DNA from: Bacteroidota bacterium
Lineage (GTDB): Bacteria > Bacteroidota > Bacteroidia > Bacteroidales > GWA2-32-17
Length of the DNA stretch: 64,000 nt
Direction of reading: 5' to 3'
Assembly: GCA_037441645.1 (NCBI GenBank)
Contig: JBBIRU010000030.1
Span: 102 to 64,101 of the forward strand
A program made the translations under genes and the position numbers. Below the pieces are notes generated by a model. It was not told the DNA's origin, did not search any database, and saw nothing but the letters and a program-made list of their open reading frames with translations. Of this stretch, positions 1 to 9,400 are shown piece after piece (position 1 is the stretch's first letter; each line of letters begins with the position of its first letter).

Positions 1-1
1 T

Positions 2-2443
2 AAAAAATCCGGTGAATTTGTTTCCGGCATACTTTCCCATACCGGAATAGTTTGTAATGACTGGTATAATCTCGGAACGGATGTCATAAAACGGATTCAG
101 ATGAACAAATCCGTGCCGGAAAAATCCATTACTGTTGTAACCTACGAAGGATTTAAAAAGCTGGGCTTTGGTGATACGGTTTCCGATGAACTTTTTATTG
201 AATTAGTGAACATACTTGGTCAAAGCAAAGAAAAATCAGCCAGAGACAAAGAAATCGAATACCAGAAGTTTCGTGAAATGATTGGTGTGGGCTTAAAAGA
301 GACTGTTGCCGACATAGATAAACTCGGTTTTGATTATGTTGTCATGGATGAAGCTCACCGAGCAAAAAATGTATTCAGCGGAGTGAAAGCCGATGAAGAC
401 GGAAATAAACGCTATAATATTCAATCTGCGACATCCGAAACCGGACAAAAGGCATTTCTTATACTGAATTACATTCAACGCAAATTCGGGCGTAATTCGA
501 TGCTTTTAACGGCAACCCCATTTACCAACTCTCCCCTTGAAATTTATTCCATGCTTTCGTTGGTTGCTTATGAGAGTTTAAAAAAGAACGGAATTTACAA
601 CATAGATACCTTTTTTGACCTCTTTGTTCTGCCTACGGTAGAATGGACTGCCAACTACAAAGAAGAAATTGTAGAAAAGGAAGTGATAAAATCCTTTACC
701 AACCGGAGAATATTACAAAAACTCATTTACAACCATATTCTTTACCGTACAGGAGAAGAAGCCGGAGTAAAACGTCCCAAGAAAATCAACCTTCCGATGC
801 TTTACAATGCTGTGGAAGGAAAACGAGAAAGGCTGCAACACGAAAAGCAGGTTCTTACTTACATCAACATGACCCCGATGCAAAGAGAAAACCAGAACAG
901 CATTGTGGCAATGGCGAAAAATGCAACCAAAGGAAAATTAGACATGGGGAATTTGTTTCGTGCATTAGCATATTCTCTGGACAATGCTCTATCACCATTT
1001 ATTTTGAAAGGTTCTCCTGCCGATTACAACGAATTTGTTGAAGAAAGTCCAAAGATTAAGTATGTGATGGAATGTATTCGTTCCGTTAAAGAATGGCACG
1101 AACAAAAGGGTGAATCTGTTTCCGGTCAGGTTATCTACATGAATCGGGGAAAGCAGTTTTTTTCGATGATAAAACAGTATCTCGAAAATGAAATTGGTTT
1201 TCAAAAGGGTGTGATGTTCGAGAAAACAAAGGTCGATGAAGTGGAAATTATCAGTTCCGAAATTAATGATACACGCAAGGAAACCATAAAGGAAGCCTTT
1301 CTTGAAGGAGTGGTAAAAATCATTATCGGAACAGCTACCATCCGTGAGGGAATAGATTTACAAAAACAGGGAACGGTCATTTATGATTGTTACCCTGAAT
1401 GGAACCCAACAGACATACGACAACTTGAAGGAAGAATCTGGAGACAGGGAAACCGCTATGCCTACGTGAGAATTGTTATGCCATTGGTACAGGATTCAAT
1501 GGATGTTTTTGTTTTTCAAAAATTGGAAGAAAAAACAAGCCGTATCAATGACATTTGGTTCAAGGGTGATCGTGGAAATGTTCTTGATTTGGAAAGTCTC
1601 GACCCCGAAGAAATCAAACTGGCTTTGATAACTGATGTTGACCGTCTGGTAAGAATGTTCTTCGACCAGGAGAAAGAACAGCTTAATCGTGAAATGGCGA
1701 AAGCAAACCGTTCTATTGAAATGATTGATGAAATCAAATCCGATATTGAAGAATACAACCGTTACCGTACCGAATCATTGGATGCCATCAGGAAATTTTA
1801 TGACAGCCTGATAAGTTCTGAGCTTTTTGAAGACAGGAAAATCAATGAACCGGAATTTGAGCAATCTGTGAGGGATATGGTTTTCAAAAAAGCAAAAGCA
1901 CTCAAAGAAGATATAGAATTACTTCTGAACGCTTCAACTTTCGAGGATAAGGATATACTTTCTGCCGGAAGGAAAATAGAAAACTCTTACAGTTCCATCA
2001 AATTGTATTTTGACCGTTCATGGTATCTGAAATATTTTAAGGAATATGTTTCCAAAGTCAGGAAAACGGAACGAACCATATTAAAACCCAAAGGGTATTC
2101 CATTGACAGCGACCTTTCCAAAGTTCTGGAAGCATACCAACTCGAAAAACAAGTTGTAACCAAGAAAGCTGAACTTTATGCAGGTGAAGCCAACTCTGAC
2201 CGCTGGAAAAGTTTAAGGGTAGAAATTCAGGAAAAGAAATCCGCCTTACAGGTGGAAGGAAAAAGTGCTATGGACAGGGCTGCCGAATTTGCTACGCTAA
2301 ACTATTTGCTGGAATACAAATCGGAAGATGTACAGGTGGCAGAACCACGAATGCCGGAAATTCCTTCGCTGGCTCCATCTATGAGCGAACTGGAACTGGA
2401 AGCATTGGCTTTAGAAGTTGAACTCGATTTATTGTCAATATAA
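2..2443 (+). CDS. SNF2/DEAD-like superfamily-2 helicase, C-terminal part of a larger protein (5' end outside window)
   Basis: The frame is open from nt 2, with no stop before the listed Met at 101, so the gene is cut by the window edge. Helicase motifs are readable: motif II VVMDEAHRAKN (nt ~338-370), motif III LLTATPFTNSPLE, motif V GTATIREGIDLQ and motif VI QLEGRIWRQGN. A long helical tail follows. Resemblance to the large helicase proteins of Bacteroidota conjugative elements is inference. Confidence 0.8.
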   Translation, partial: KKSGEFVSGILSHTGIVCNDWYNLGTDVIKRIQMNKSVPEKSITVVTYEGFKKLGFGDTVSDELFIELVNILGQSKEKSARDKEIEYQKFREMIGVGLKETVADIDKLGFDYVVMDEAHRAKNVFSGVKADEDGNKRYNIQSATSETGQKAFLILNYIQRKFGRNSMLLTATPFTNSPLEIYSMLSLVAYESLKKNGIYNIDTFFDLFVLPTVEWTANYKEEIVEKEVIKSFTNRRILQKLIYNHILYRTGEEAGVKRPKKINLPMLYNAVEGKRERLQHEKQVLTYINMTPMQRENQNSIVAMAKNATKGKLDMGNLFRALAYSLDNALSPFILKGSPADYNEFVEESPKIKYVMECIRSVKEWHEQKGESVSGQVIYMNRGKQFFSMIKQYLENEIGFQKGVMFEKTKVDEVEIISSEINDTRKETIKEAFLEGVVKIIIGTATIREGIDLQKQGTVIYDCYPEWNPTDIRQLEGRIWRQGNRYAYVRIVMPLVQDSMDVFVFQKLEEKTSRINDIWFKGDRGNVLDLESLDPEEIKLALITDVDRLVRMFFDQEKEQLNREMAKANRSIEMIDEIKSDIEEYNRYRTESLDAIRKFYDSLISSELFEDRKINEPEFEQSVRDMVFKKAKALKEDIELLLNASTFEDKDILSAGRKIENSYSSIKLYFDRSWYLKYFKEYVSKVRKTERTILKPKGYSIDSDLSKVLEAYQLEKQVVTKKAELYAGEANSDRWKSLRVEIQEKKSALQVEGKSAMDRAAEFATLNYLLEYKSEDVQVAEPRMPEIPSLAPSMSELELEALALEVELDLLSI

Positions 2444-2446
2444 ATT

Positions 2447-2800
2447 TCAGGAAATCATGAATTCAATAACAACATCGAAATCCGAACTTGTATTGTCAAG
2501 GTCATTCTGGAAACTGATTCTTACATCTCCGATAATGTCTGTAAATGTAAACCAGCCATGCGGACTGTCTTTCCTGAGAATTAATTTTCCTTTTGTTTTT
2601 GGGGCGTATAAGTCAACAAAGGAATTGAGTTTTATTTGTTTCTTTCTTTTAACAAGGCTTGGTTTTCCTTCATCACTATCCCAACTAAGGTTTACAAAAG
2701 CATTTTTTTCATCTCCCTTCAAAAAATCAACGGATATGAAAAATATCTTTTTACAAGTGATAGTATGCTTTTTAGTCTCCTTGTTAAATCTCAACTGCAT
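2447..2800 (-). CDS. hypothetical protein (117 aa)
   Basis: The minus-strand ORF has a protein-like composition (KGKLILRKDSPHGWFTFTD). The overlapping plus-strand ORFs (2418-2825, 2636-2881) are F/L/S-rich, as expected for antisense shadows. I recognised no motif. Confidence 0.4.
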   Translation of the reverse strand: MQLRFNKETKKHTITCKKIFFISVDFLKGDEKNAFVNLSWDSDEGKPSLVKRKKQIKLNSFVDLYAPKTKGKLILRKDSPHGWFTFTDIIGDVRISFQNDLDNTSSDFDVVIEFMIS

Positions 2801-2837
2801 AAATCAATTTTTTTCAAAGGTATAAAAATCAAAAAAT

Positions 2838-4352
2838 ATGACAACCACATCAAATTACTTCGAGCAAACACGAAACATTGATTTCGAGAAATTACCGGCA
2901 GCATTAAAGAACGGTGATAAACTGACCAAAGGGGCTGCACCAAATAACTGGTCTGCTTACAACTCAAATGAAAACATTAAAAGGGTTGTGGATGCGTATA
3001 TGAAAAAACTGGATGAGTATTTGGAAAAGAACCCGCCGGAAAAAACAAAAGTTGAAAGCCAAAAGCCCAAAGTTGAAAGGGAAAAGAATACAGTAAAAAG
3101 TGAAAAGTCCAAAGCTGAGAGTGTAAAGACAAAAGATAAAAGTTCAAAGTCTAAAGGGAAAAAGCATGAACCAAAAACCAAAAAATCGGGAGGCAAAAAG
3201 ACCGAACCGGAACAAGAGCCGGAAGGAGTGGAAAAGATTTTACCGGAAATAGGATTTATTAAACGCTATGTTGGTTTACATGGTAAAATCAAAACTCAGG
3301 ACGATATTTTGAAATTCCTTGCTTCTTTGCAGAAAGCTATCCTTGAAAAACGAATTCGCAAAACCTCTCCTTACGCAAAGGAAATTGAAAACATACAAAA
3401 CCAGCTTATCAAATGCTATGAAAAGATGGGTAACAGCATTGAAATAACATTAGACAAGAAAACAATAGACCGTTACACGGAAATAGCCCATAGCCAGAAA
3501 ACCTTGTCGTCCGTATTGTACATCAAACAGTACATTAGTTTGCATGGCAAAAAGAACGTAAAAGAGAAAGCCGAAATACTCCTCGAAAGGATTAAGAAAG
3601 CCGTTGATAAGCACAAAATAGACAAATCAGATCCCTATGCTGACAGGTTGCAGAAACTATATAATTCCTTAAACGAATATGTTAATGGTAAAACCAAATC
3701 GCCGGAAATCAGTAAAAGCGAACTGAACGGTTTAATGGGATTAGTCGGCTACAGTCAAAAAAAAAGTACAGCCCTGAACGGAATCGGAGAAGAAGCAGAA
3801 AATCCTGAAATTATTTCCAGCACTGATTTAGCCGGAATGGAATTCAAAACCATCGGACTTCAGGGAAAATACAGAGAGTTAATTGGTGATCCTTCCGTTG
3901 GTTTTTCTGCAATGGTTTATGGTCTGCCAAAATCCGGCAAATCTACTCTCTGTATTGACTTTGCAAAATACTTGGCTGAACATCATGGCGAAGTGTTATA
4001 TTGTGCCATAGAAGAAAAATTCGGATATACATTAAAGGAAAAAATGGACAGGCTTGGTGCTAACCATCCGAATCTTTATGTGTCAGAAAAAATACCGGAT
4101 AATCTCTCTGATTATGATTTTGTTTTTATTGACAGCATTTCACGTGCAGGTTTTGACATTGATTATCTACGAAAACTCAGAAAGGACAATCCTAAAACTT
4201 CATTTATTTTCATTTACCACACTACCAAAGACGGAAAATTCAGGGGAAAGCAGGAAAACGCTCATGAGGTAGATGTTATTATTGAGGTGGCTGATGGGAA
4301 AGCAAAGGGGAATGGGAGGTTTGGAATAGGTGGAGAAATTGAAGTGTTCTGA
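2838..4352 (+). CDS. Lys-rich protein with C-terminal RecA/KaiC-like P-loop NTPase domain
   Basis: A K/E-rich low-complexity linker (aa ~65-125) is followed by two internally repeated ~90-aa helical modules (IGFIKRYVGLHGK... and VLYIKQYISLHGK...). The C-terminal domain has Walker A GLPKSGKST and Walker B-like FVFIDSISR. Confidence 0.7.
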   Translation: MTTTSNYFEQTRNIDFEKLPAALKNGDKLTKGAAPNNWSAYNSNENIKRVVDAYMKKLDEYLEKNPPEKTKVESQKPKVEREKNTVKSEKSKAESVKTKDKSSKSKGKKHEPKTKKSGGKKTEPEQEPEGVEKILPEIGFIKRYVGLHGKIKTQDDILKFLASLQKAILEKRIRKTSPYAKEIENIQNQLIKCYEKMGNSIEITLDKKTIDRYTEIAHSQKTLSSVLYIKQYISLHGKKNVKEKAEILLERIKKAVDKHKIDKSDPYADRLQKLYNSLNEYVNGKTKSPEISKSELNGLMGLVGYSQKKSTALNGIGEEAENPEIISSTDLAGMEFKTIGLQGKYRELIGDPSVGFSAMVYGLPKSGKSTLCIDFAKYLAEHHGEVLYCAIEEKFGYTLKEKMDRLGANHPNLYVSEKIPDNLSDYDFVFIDSISRAGFDIDYLRKLRKDNPKTSFIFIYHTTKDGKFRGKQENAHEVDVIIEVADGKAKGNGRFGIGGEIEVF

Positions 4353-4353
4353 C

Positions 4354-4506
4354 TCAGTTCAGAAATATCTCCCAAATATCAGTTTCCCCATCAAGCATAT
4401 TAGAAATAAAACATATCGTTTCATAGTCAAGAATCGTTACATCTTGATCTAAATCAGGCTTTAGCTGTTTTTTCTTCCTTTTCAGTTTTGAAGATTTTGA
4501 TTTCAT
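4354..4506 (-). CDS. possible small protein (50 aa, below the ORF-track cutoff)
   Basis: My own translation of the minus strand gives MKSKSSKLKRKKKQLKPDLDQDVTILDYETICFISNMLDGETDIWEIFLN*. It is convergent with the ATPase gene, and the two stop codons are 1 nt apart. ORF existence is the only support. Confidence 0.2.
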   Translation of the reverse strand: MKSKSSKLKRKKKQLKPDLDQDVTILDYETICFISNMLDGETDIWEIFLN

Positions 4507-4642
4507 AAAGAAATTTTAAACAAAAGTATATTTTTTTATAATACATCTGTTTTTTATATACCTTTGTTTATTGAAAACAAAAACATTAACCAAAAAGAAA
4601 AAACAAACAATCATTAAATAAATATAAGCGTTTAGCCGAATT

Positions 4643-4758
4643 CTGTATCTGAAACCCTCCAAAATTTAGACTGAGCAGGATAGTATGCAAACGCCTTGAG
4701 AAAGGCGTGATCGATGCTATACTTGTTCAGTGGGCTCTTGGAGGGGCCTCAGATACGG
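4643..4758 (+). ncRNA. candidate structured RNA (family not recognised)
   Basis: The helices are nested. The outer helix pairs CUGUAUCUGA+CCCUCC (4643-4660) with GGAGGG+UCAGAUACGG (4740-4758). A middle helix pairs CUGAGCAGG (4671-4679) with CUUGUUCAG (4722-4730). The apical 7-bp hairpin ACGCCUU-GAGA-AAGGCGU (4691-4708) has a GNRA tetraloop. A TAnnTTTG box (TACCTTTG, 4559-4566) lies upstream and a U8 run lies at 4780-4787. No ORF is present. Confidence 0.35.
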
Positions 4759-4800
4759 TTAGCCATCTGGTCACGCTGATTTTTTTTACACCAAATTAAA

Positions 4801-5535
4801 ATGGAAAAAATTCAACTCGAAGAAGCCCTGACCTCCAAAGACAAAATCTTTTCAATTATTGTTCATGACCTTAAAACACCGTTAAATGGGATTATCGGCT
4901 TTTCAGAATTGCTGATTCATACTATGAATAAACCAGAGTGCATGAACTTATGCGAAAAAAACTTCAATTATCTGAAAATCCTGAATTCATCCTGTTACAA
5001 GATGCTTGAACTGATTAAAAACCTTGAAACATGGTCGAGGCTGCAAAACGGTTATCTTAAATGTTGTCCTGTAGATATTGACCTTTCAGAAATGGTCAGA
5101 GACAATATTGAATTGCTTGAAGTTTTTGCCCGGAATAAAGAAATTAAATTAGTATCGGATGTTCAGGAAAAGGTAAATGTGTTTGCCGATTTTCAAATGT
5201 TGAATATTGTTATAAGAAATCTCCTTTCCAATGCTTTGAAATTTACAGGAAGAAATGGAAAAGTTGAAATTACAAGTAAAACAATGGACGATAATATAAT
5301 TCTTTGCATTTCAGATAACGGAACAGGAATACGCCCCGACCAGATAATCAATATTTTTGATAAAAATTATTTTGTGCAGTCAAAGGGTACGGCAAATGAA
5401 GAAGGAACAGGACTTGGACTAAAACTCTGCAAAGAATTTATTGAACTGAACAACGGAGAAATATGGGTGGAAAGTAATCATGGTTTAGGAAGTCAATTTT
5501 ACATTTTAGTTCCGGCTAAATCAACAAATAATTAA
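4801..5535 (+). CDS. histidine kinase core (DHp + HATPase_c only, no sensor or TM domain)
   Basis: The H-box is IVHDLKTPLNGIIGFSELL. The N-box is NLLSNALKFT, the G1 box is DNGTGI and the G2 box is GTGLGL. At 244 aa the kinase core fills the whole protein. Confidence 0.85.
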   Translation: MEKIQLEEALTSKDKIFSIIVHDLKTPLNGIIGFSELLIHTMNKPECMNLCEKNFNYLKILNSSCYKMLELIKNLETWSRLQNGYLKCCPVDIDLSEMVRDNIELLEVFARNKEIKLVSDVQEKVNVFADFQMLNIVIRNLLSNALKFTGRNGKVEITSKTMDDNIILCISDNGTGIRPDQIINIFDKNYFVQSKGTANEEGTGLGLKLCKEFIELNNGEIWVESNHGLGSQFYILVPAKSTNN

Positions 5536-5943
5536 AGTATCATGACAAAAAAATAAAAAGTTTAAAAAATATTTCACTACGGAGGGTTACTTTTTGTCGG
5601 TTCAAACGACTATAGGGAAAATAAGAGAAATGAAAAATTTTATTATCCTGAATTAGTGCTACTTATAAAACTTGTTGAAAAATAGTTTAAGAATTGGTGG
5701 TTATGTTTTCAAAATTTTGACTCTTATATGGGGAGGAGTATGCAAAAGTTTAGAATAATTTATAGCGATTAAATGTAATCACTATATAATTAGATGATTA
5801 TGATATTTTTTGTAACTTTTGAAACCTTTTATTTAAAAACAAGTAAACACTATAATGTTTTGAGATTTAAAATCATAACTATTTTGAATTTTATAAATTA
5901 AAAAATTGTATAAACAACAGATAAAACCTAAAAAACATACCCT

Positions 5944-6372
5944 ATGAAACCGATTTTGATTTTTCTATTAGCATTTATTATTACAACTAATGTTTTCAGT
6001 CAAAAGAAAACAATTGACTTGAGTATTGTTCCTATGACACCGGATTCTACCGTGTTGGGAGATTCAACAAAAATGATGGTTCAGTTTAAAATAAATTACC
6101 CTGACAGTATTTTGAATATCCAAATGAAATTCGGTACAACTCAGGATATTTCTGACATTGCATTATTAAGTCCAACCATTCTCTTTTCAAACGCAAAGTA
6201 TTACACAGTGCTGAATGGCGACCAGAACGAAATTAAAGACTATGAAGCAAGGATTTTTTATAAGTTTAGTGGAAATCAGTTAAGTTTATATAATTATCTT
6301 ACTCTTATTGTGAGTTATATTGATGGTACTTCGGATACATTGTATTGGTTAAAATTAGACCAGAATCCATAA
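5944..6372 (+). CDS. small secreted hypothetical protein
   Basis: It has an N-terminal signal peptide (MKPILIFLLAFIITTNVFSQ) and lies immediately upstream of the giant T9SS cargo gene. Confidence 0.6.
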   Translation: MKPILIFLLAFIITTNVFSQKKTIDLSIVPMTPDSTVLGDSTKMMVQFKINYPDSILNIQMKFGTTQDISDIALLSPTILFSNAKYYTVLNGDQNEIKDYEARIFYKFSGNQLSLYNYLTLIVSYIDGTSDTLYWLKLDQNP

Positions 6373-6429
6373 CTGGCAGATTATTTTTTATTGAAAATTT
6401 ATTATCTAAAAACCTAAAAGACTAAGAAC

Positions 6430-9400
6430 ATGAAAACAATATTACTCACAATCATAGCAACAATTCTCTTTATAAATGTAAACGCTGTAACAATATATAC
6501 TGTTACCAAAAATACAGACCCAAATGTATATGAGCACCCCTATTATTTTGACGACACAAAATGTGACCCTGAAATGTACGGAACACTTCAATGGGCAATA
6601 AGAAAAGTATTAGACACTCCCGGAGAATGCAGGATAGTTTTTAATATTCCGGGAACTTCACCTGTGACAATTCTTTTATATTACACCCTGCCGACTCTTG
6701 AAAAGAAGCCAACAACCATTGATGCAACAACACAACCCGGATATTCACAGGGAAATCCGCAGATAATCATTGACGGAAATTTCAAACTATTAACAGGATT
6801 GTATTTTAACAACTTGAAAAATTCAGGTGTAAAAGGAATCGTATTTAAGCACTTTGTTTCACAGGCAGTCATGTTTAATTATGCTAATTCATTTAATATT
6901 TCAAATTGTTATTTTATCGAAAACGGTTCACAGGATTCTAAAGTTAATCCTGCTTCCATACGAATAGTAAGCAGCACATATGGAAATATTACAGGTAATT
7001 CTATCGGAATAGACCCTTCGGGCAACGTTACTGGAAACAGTGCATTTGGCATGGTGTTGTCAGACAATAGTAATTATAATACAATCGGAGGGACAAATAC
7101 TGGTGAACGCAATATTGTAGTAAATAATCAGAAATTCGGGATTTGGATTACCAATAAAAGCTGGTATAATAAAATAAGCGGAAATATTATCTATGGAAGT
7201 GACAGGGCAATTATCTTAGAGCCTGATGGAAATCAGTTAAAACATTCACCGACAATAGGCAACTATAATAATTCGACTTATATTTTAAAAGGTGGAGCTG
7301 ACCCTTATGATATTATAGAAATCTTTGGGAGTAATGGAAACCAGAGTGCAAAAGAATACATTACTACTGTGCAGGCTGATTATAATGGAAAATGGGAAGT
7401 TGTCGCCACAACAAATTACCCAAATTATATAGCCACAGCCACCGATCAGCAGAAAAACACTTCGGCTTTATCAAATCCTTTTCATGCACCCAATGCTTTA
7501 TCACGGCTGACAGATGCAGATTGTAATATTAGTGAAGTTTTATTTAGCCAGATTTTAACTGCAACACCTGTTTACAGGGCAGAGATGTATGAGTTTATGG
7601 TTACTGAGGGCATCTCAGGAATTTCAGAAAACATCGTGAAAAACACAAATACTTTCTCATTGAGTGAATTGGCTATGCCCATAGAATTAAATACTTATTA
7701 TATCGTTACTGTGAGAGTAAAAATCGGTGAATTGTGGGGACAGTTTGGAAATGCTTGCAAGGTAACAACAGTCAAATCTACTACGATTCAGGCTTGTATT
7801 GATGAAGAATTAAGTTTTCATGTTACAGGAGTGAGTATCAATGACCCGATTCAAATAACAATAAATTATCCTAATGGTGTATCTGCTTTAAATATCGCAT
7901 CCATTCAGGCATTTCCATCAACCAGTATTCTAATTGATACTCTAAATCCTTCTTCACCACAATATACCTTCAATGCTCCTGATACTTCCTTTACTTTTAA
8001 TTACCATATTATTGCAGGTTGTGAAAACTTCTCGCCTTCAACTCAGGATATTCATTACACAATTAATCAAAATGGAATTGTCACCCCAGACAGCTTTAAT
8101 CTTAATACGCCGTGGATTGTATATGACCCTACAGGAAGTACAAACATCATATATGGCAACGCTCATTACGGAACTTCATTTGTGAGGACATTCCTATACA
8201 AAAACACTTCTTCCGATGGTGTTTTTTCAGGTGTTATAGAATTCAGGGATACAATACAAATACCTTCTTCACAAACCGGAATTCTTATTGATTCTGTTTG
8301 GGTTGTGGCTCCGACTTCAGGAACAATAGATGTATTGTATTCTCAAATTACAGATTCAACAGTAACCCTCAAGGTTAAAGTGGATAATATCGGGTTCCTT
8401 GATTCAATAAAGTTTAAAGAACGTGTGTTTTTAACTCGTTGTCCCGATGGAGTTAATAATATAACATATTTTAATGCAAAATACGGATGCGATTCGACAA
8501 AACTTTGTAAACTAATTAACGGATCATATACAAAGACAGAATATGACGCTAATGATAAACCTGTACTTGAATATAAGATGTTAACAACAGGTTATCAAGC
8601 ATGTTGGTCAGATTCTTTGGAAAGAGTAATGATGGTTGTAAATCATGGTGGAGGAAGTGCCAGTTCCGTCTATATCGGAATAACAAGCGGAAGTAATCCG
8701 GGACTGACAAATAATATAACGGATCATCCTATTTCTGATTTTTATATTTACAGGCTGGTTAACGGAATTGAAAATGCAATACCATTTGCAAATACTTCAA
8801 CCATATATTATGCTTATATTGATTATGCTATTCAAACTACCGTGCCTCTTAATCCCCATGACACTATATATTTCAGGTATTATGAAAAAATAAACTGTAT
8901 TGATTCAGTAAATTACAGTAATTATTTTAATGAAACAACTCATATGAACGGGGAAGGTTATCCTTATGTTCGATTAAACCATCCTTGTTTTCCCTCTATT
9001 AAATATTACCCGGATAACGGTGGAATATATAATGCCGTTTGGTACAAGTCATTTAAATTGGATCAAACATTTGCAAACCTGATTGGGACAATGCCAGATG
9101 GCGATCAAGAGTGGTTTAATGTTACCAGTAGTTCATTAAATTTAGGACATGCAGGGTCATGGAATAATTATGGTTTTATTTTCGACATGGAGAATAGTGA
9201 GTTAATTGTAGAACTTGACCTTGAACCCGGTTTAGGATTAGTAGATACAAACCTGTACTTAAGTTCATATTACAATGGAATAACATCCTATCTCTATGCA
9301 GACACCATTGAATTTTCACCCGGACCTAATAATTTCGCAAACGGAAACAAAATAAAAGCAAAATTCAGCTTTCCTGCTTCCATGTATTATAATTTTCTAC

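Noticed and set aside
2418-2881. Plus-strand ORFs 2418-2825 (135 aa) and 2636-2881 (81 aa)
   Set aside because: Their F/L/S/I-rich, low-complexity translations are typical of the antisense frame of an AT-rich gene. They overlap each other and the more protein-like minus-strand ORF 2447-2800.
4643-4758. The structured element being SRP RNA, 6S RNA, tmRNA, RNase P RNA, or a TPP, cobalamin or FMN riboswitch
   Set aside because: It lacks the SRP domain-IV core (GGAAGCAGC with a short stem under the tetraloop). It is too short for 6S, tmRNA or RNase P RNA. The CUGAG and GCCAUCUGG strings do not sit in the contexts required by the TPP or B12 consensus. The family is left unassigned.
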